From Eledone cirrhosa (Eukaryota): 64,000 nt of DNA. Of this stretch, positions 62,977 through 64,000 are shown piece by piece. The position numbers and the translations under genes are program-made. Below the pieces are notes generated by a model, which had not been told where the DNA came from, ran no database searches, and saw only the letters and a program-made list of their open reading frames with translations. Position 1 is the stretch's first letter; every line of letters starts with the position of its first letter. The DNA lies in NCBI GenBank assembly GCA_964016885.1, contig OZ024747.1, positions 27,838,001 through 27,902,000 on the forward strand. Reading direction: 5' to 3'.

Positions 62977-63908
62977 GAACTCACCTGCCATAGGATGTGT
63001 CTCCAAGAATAAATACTTTGGCAGAGACATTGCCATCGAGCCATGCTGCTATGGCAGCAGAATCGACCAAACATTCATCAGGAAACTGGAGTGACACCTG
63101 GTGGGAACAACATGAGGAAATGCTTACTACTAGATCTAATACCACTGCAACCATCATAACTACTACTACTACTAGCACTAACACCACTGTAACCATCATA
63201 ACTACAACAACTACTAACTACTATAGCCATGAATACTATTATTATAACTACTGTTACTAACTACTATTTCCACCAATACTAACTACTTTAGTAGTTTTTA
63301 GTATCTTAGACTAACCTACAATGTGTGCCCTTTCTTCACCCATCTGCCCATATACAATAATTTCAACTTACAATTTGGTAAGCTAATAATCCTAGTTTTT
63401 GACATTTCTTGTTCTGAGCACATTGTGAAACTCACCTATGCCATTTTACATAACTCAATCCAACCCTTGACACCACTTTTGATATTTCCACCATGCTGCT
63501 ACATGGCAAAGATGTTTAGCAATTTATTTATTGATTGCAGGAAATTATTTCATATTTATTCAATTACACTAATTTGAATAAAACTGTAATCCTTTAACGT
63601 TCAGTAATGCACCTCTCTGAAGTTTGCACTCTAGGTGATTGATTTATTGACTTTAATGTTAGTACCAGTCATACTAATGGGTTAATCATTTGTATTAGGT
63701 TGATAATTTGTATAGAATAGTTAGTCTTACTCTCTGAAAGTCCTTGCTTATTATCCATTGCTGACATCTGAGGAGTTCGTACTTTTCAATAAGGTTGCTA
63801 CTGGATGCCAGGGATGTCTGAGATTCTTCAGAGAGATCTGGTTGGAATATTCCATCATTGGTACTGCTGAATGCCACAGGGATGAGGGATGTTGATGAAG
63901 TATTTTCA
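55051..63908 (-). CDS. DPH2: Diphthamide biosynthesis protein 2, 5'-partial (6 exons, ~486 aa)
   Basis: Exons 63731-63908, 62985-63097, 61558-61778, 59116-59769, 57642-57815, 55051-55172; GT-AG with consistent phases. Motifs [63 protein letters not shown]. Confidence 0.95.
55965..56150 (-). mobile_element. Meta-type SINE, degenerate
   Basis: GACACAAGGCCAGCAATT...GAAGGCTGAAAGGCAAAGTTAACC. Confidence 0.7.
57642..57815 (-). CDS. DPH2: DPH2 exon
   Basis: [11 protein letters not shown]...[10 protein letters not shown]...NAKVA. Confidence 0.9.
57943..58169. mobile_element. piggyBac-like MITE
   Basis: TTAA|CCCTTTAGCATTTA ... TAAATGCTAAAGGG|TTAA; a partial copy starts at about 60176. Confidence 0.8.
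58797..59095 (+). mobile_element. tRNA-derived SINE (second family), intronic
   Basis: AGGCATGGCTGTGTGGTTAAAGTGTTTGCTT head, GGCACCTTGGGCA, tail ACTGAAACCAGTAAAA; similar copy at about 57175-57490. Confidence 0.6.
59116..59769 (-). CDS. DPH2: DPH2 exon (largest)
   Basis: [52 protein letters not shown]. Confidence 0.95.
60858..61040 (-). mobile_element. Meta-type SINE
   Basis: Reverse complement of the 1793 family sequence. Confidence 0.85.
61344..61533 (-). mobile_element. Full-length Meta-type SINE
   Basis: Starts GGGCGGTGGATTAGCAATATCGGTAGAG (A box), then B box, central domain and (ATT)n tail. Confidence 0.88.
61558..61778 (-). CDS. DPH2: DPH2 exon
   Basis: [38 protein letters not shown]. 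Confidence 0.95.
61806..62300. mobile_element. Tc1/pogo-type MITE
   Basis: TA|CCGTTTATACTCAAGTAATAGTCAA ... TTCGACTTTTACATGAGTATATACAG|TA. Confidence 0.8.
62985..63097 (-). CDS. DPH2: DPH2 exon
   Basis: [13 protein letters not shown]...[10 protein letters not shown] |GTGAGT. Confidence 0.95.
63731..63908 (-). CDS. DPH2: DPH2 exon (most 5' in the window)
   Basis: GGCAG| [15 protein letters not shown]...[18 protein letters not shown] |GTAAGA. There is no in-frame ATG, so the start lies further upstream. Confidence 0.85.
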
Positions 63909-64000
63909 CTGCCATAGAAAACAACAATGAATTAATAAAAAGGTAAGGAAAGGAGCCATTAGAAAAAGCAAGGCATATGCTACCAAATTACAATCCTGTG

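Noticed and set aside
63905-63917. ATG at 63915 (-) as the DPH2 start
   Set aside because: Out of frame with DPH2 and overlapping the acceptor; the true start must be in an upstream exon.

Overview
AT-rich, microsatellite-laden animal genomic DNA. The repeat landscape suggests a coleoid cephalopod, probably Octopus (inference). Host genes: a complete 7-exon RIMOC1/C5orf51 orthologue (+, 46167-54773, 288 aa); a convergent DPH2 orthologue (-, 6 exons, 55051-63908, first exon outside the window); and a possible orphan two-exon gene (-, 88-827). The rest is mostly transposon-derived: a near-intact RTE LINE with an internal PHD-type finger, a full-length but frameshifted Tx1 LINE plus truncated relatives all abutting (GATA)n, a deleted CsRn1-type Gypsy element with a 4-bp TSD, a non-autonomous Helitron, hAT/pogo/piggyBac-type MITEs, many tRNA-derived SINEs and long simple repeats. 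The most striking unannotated signal is at 34.8-39.3 kb: a 420-bp non-coding unit in tandem plus fold-back arrangement carrying minimal type I hammerhead ribozymes, a diverged relative with compensatory helix changes, and a further unrelated hammerhead. This looks like a retrozyme or Penelope pseudo-LTR system. All calls were made by eye, with no database searches.
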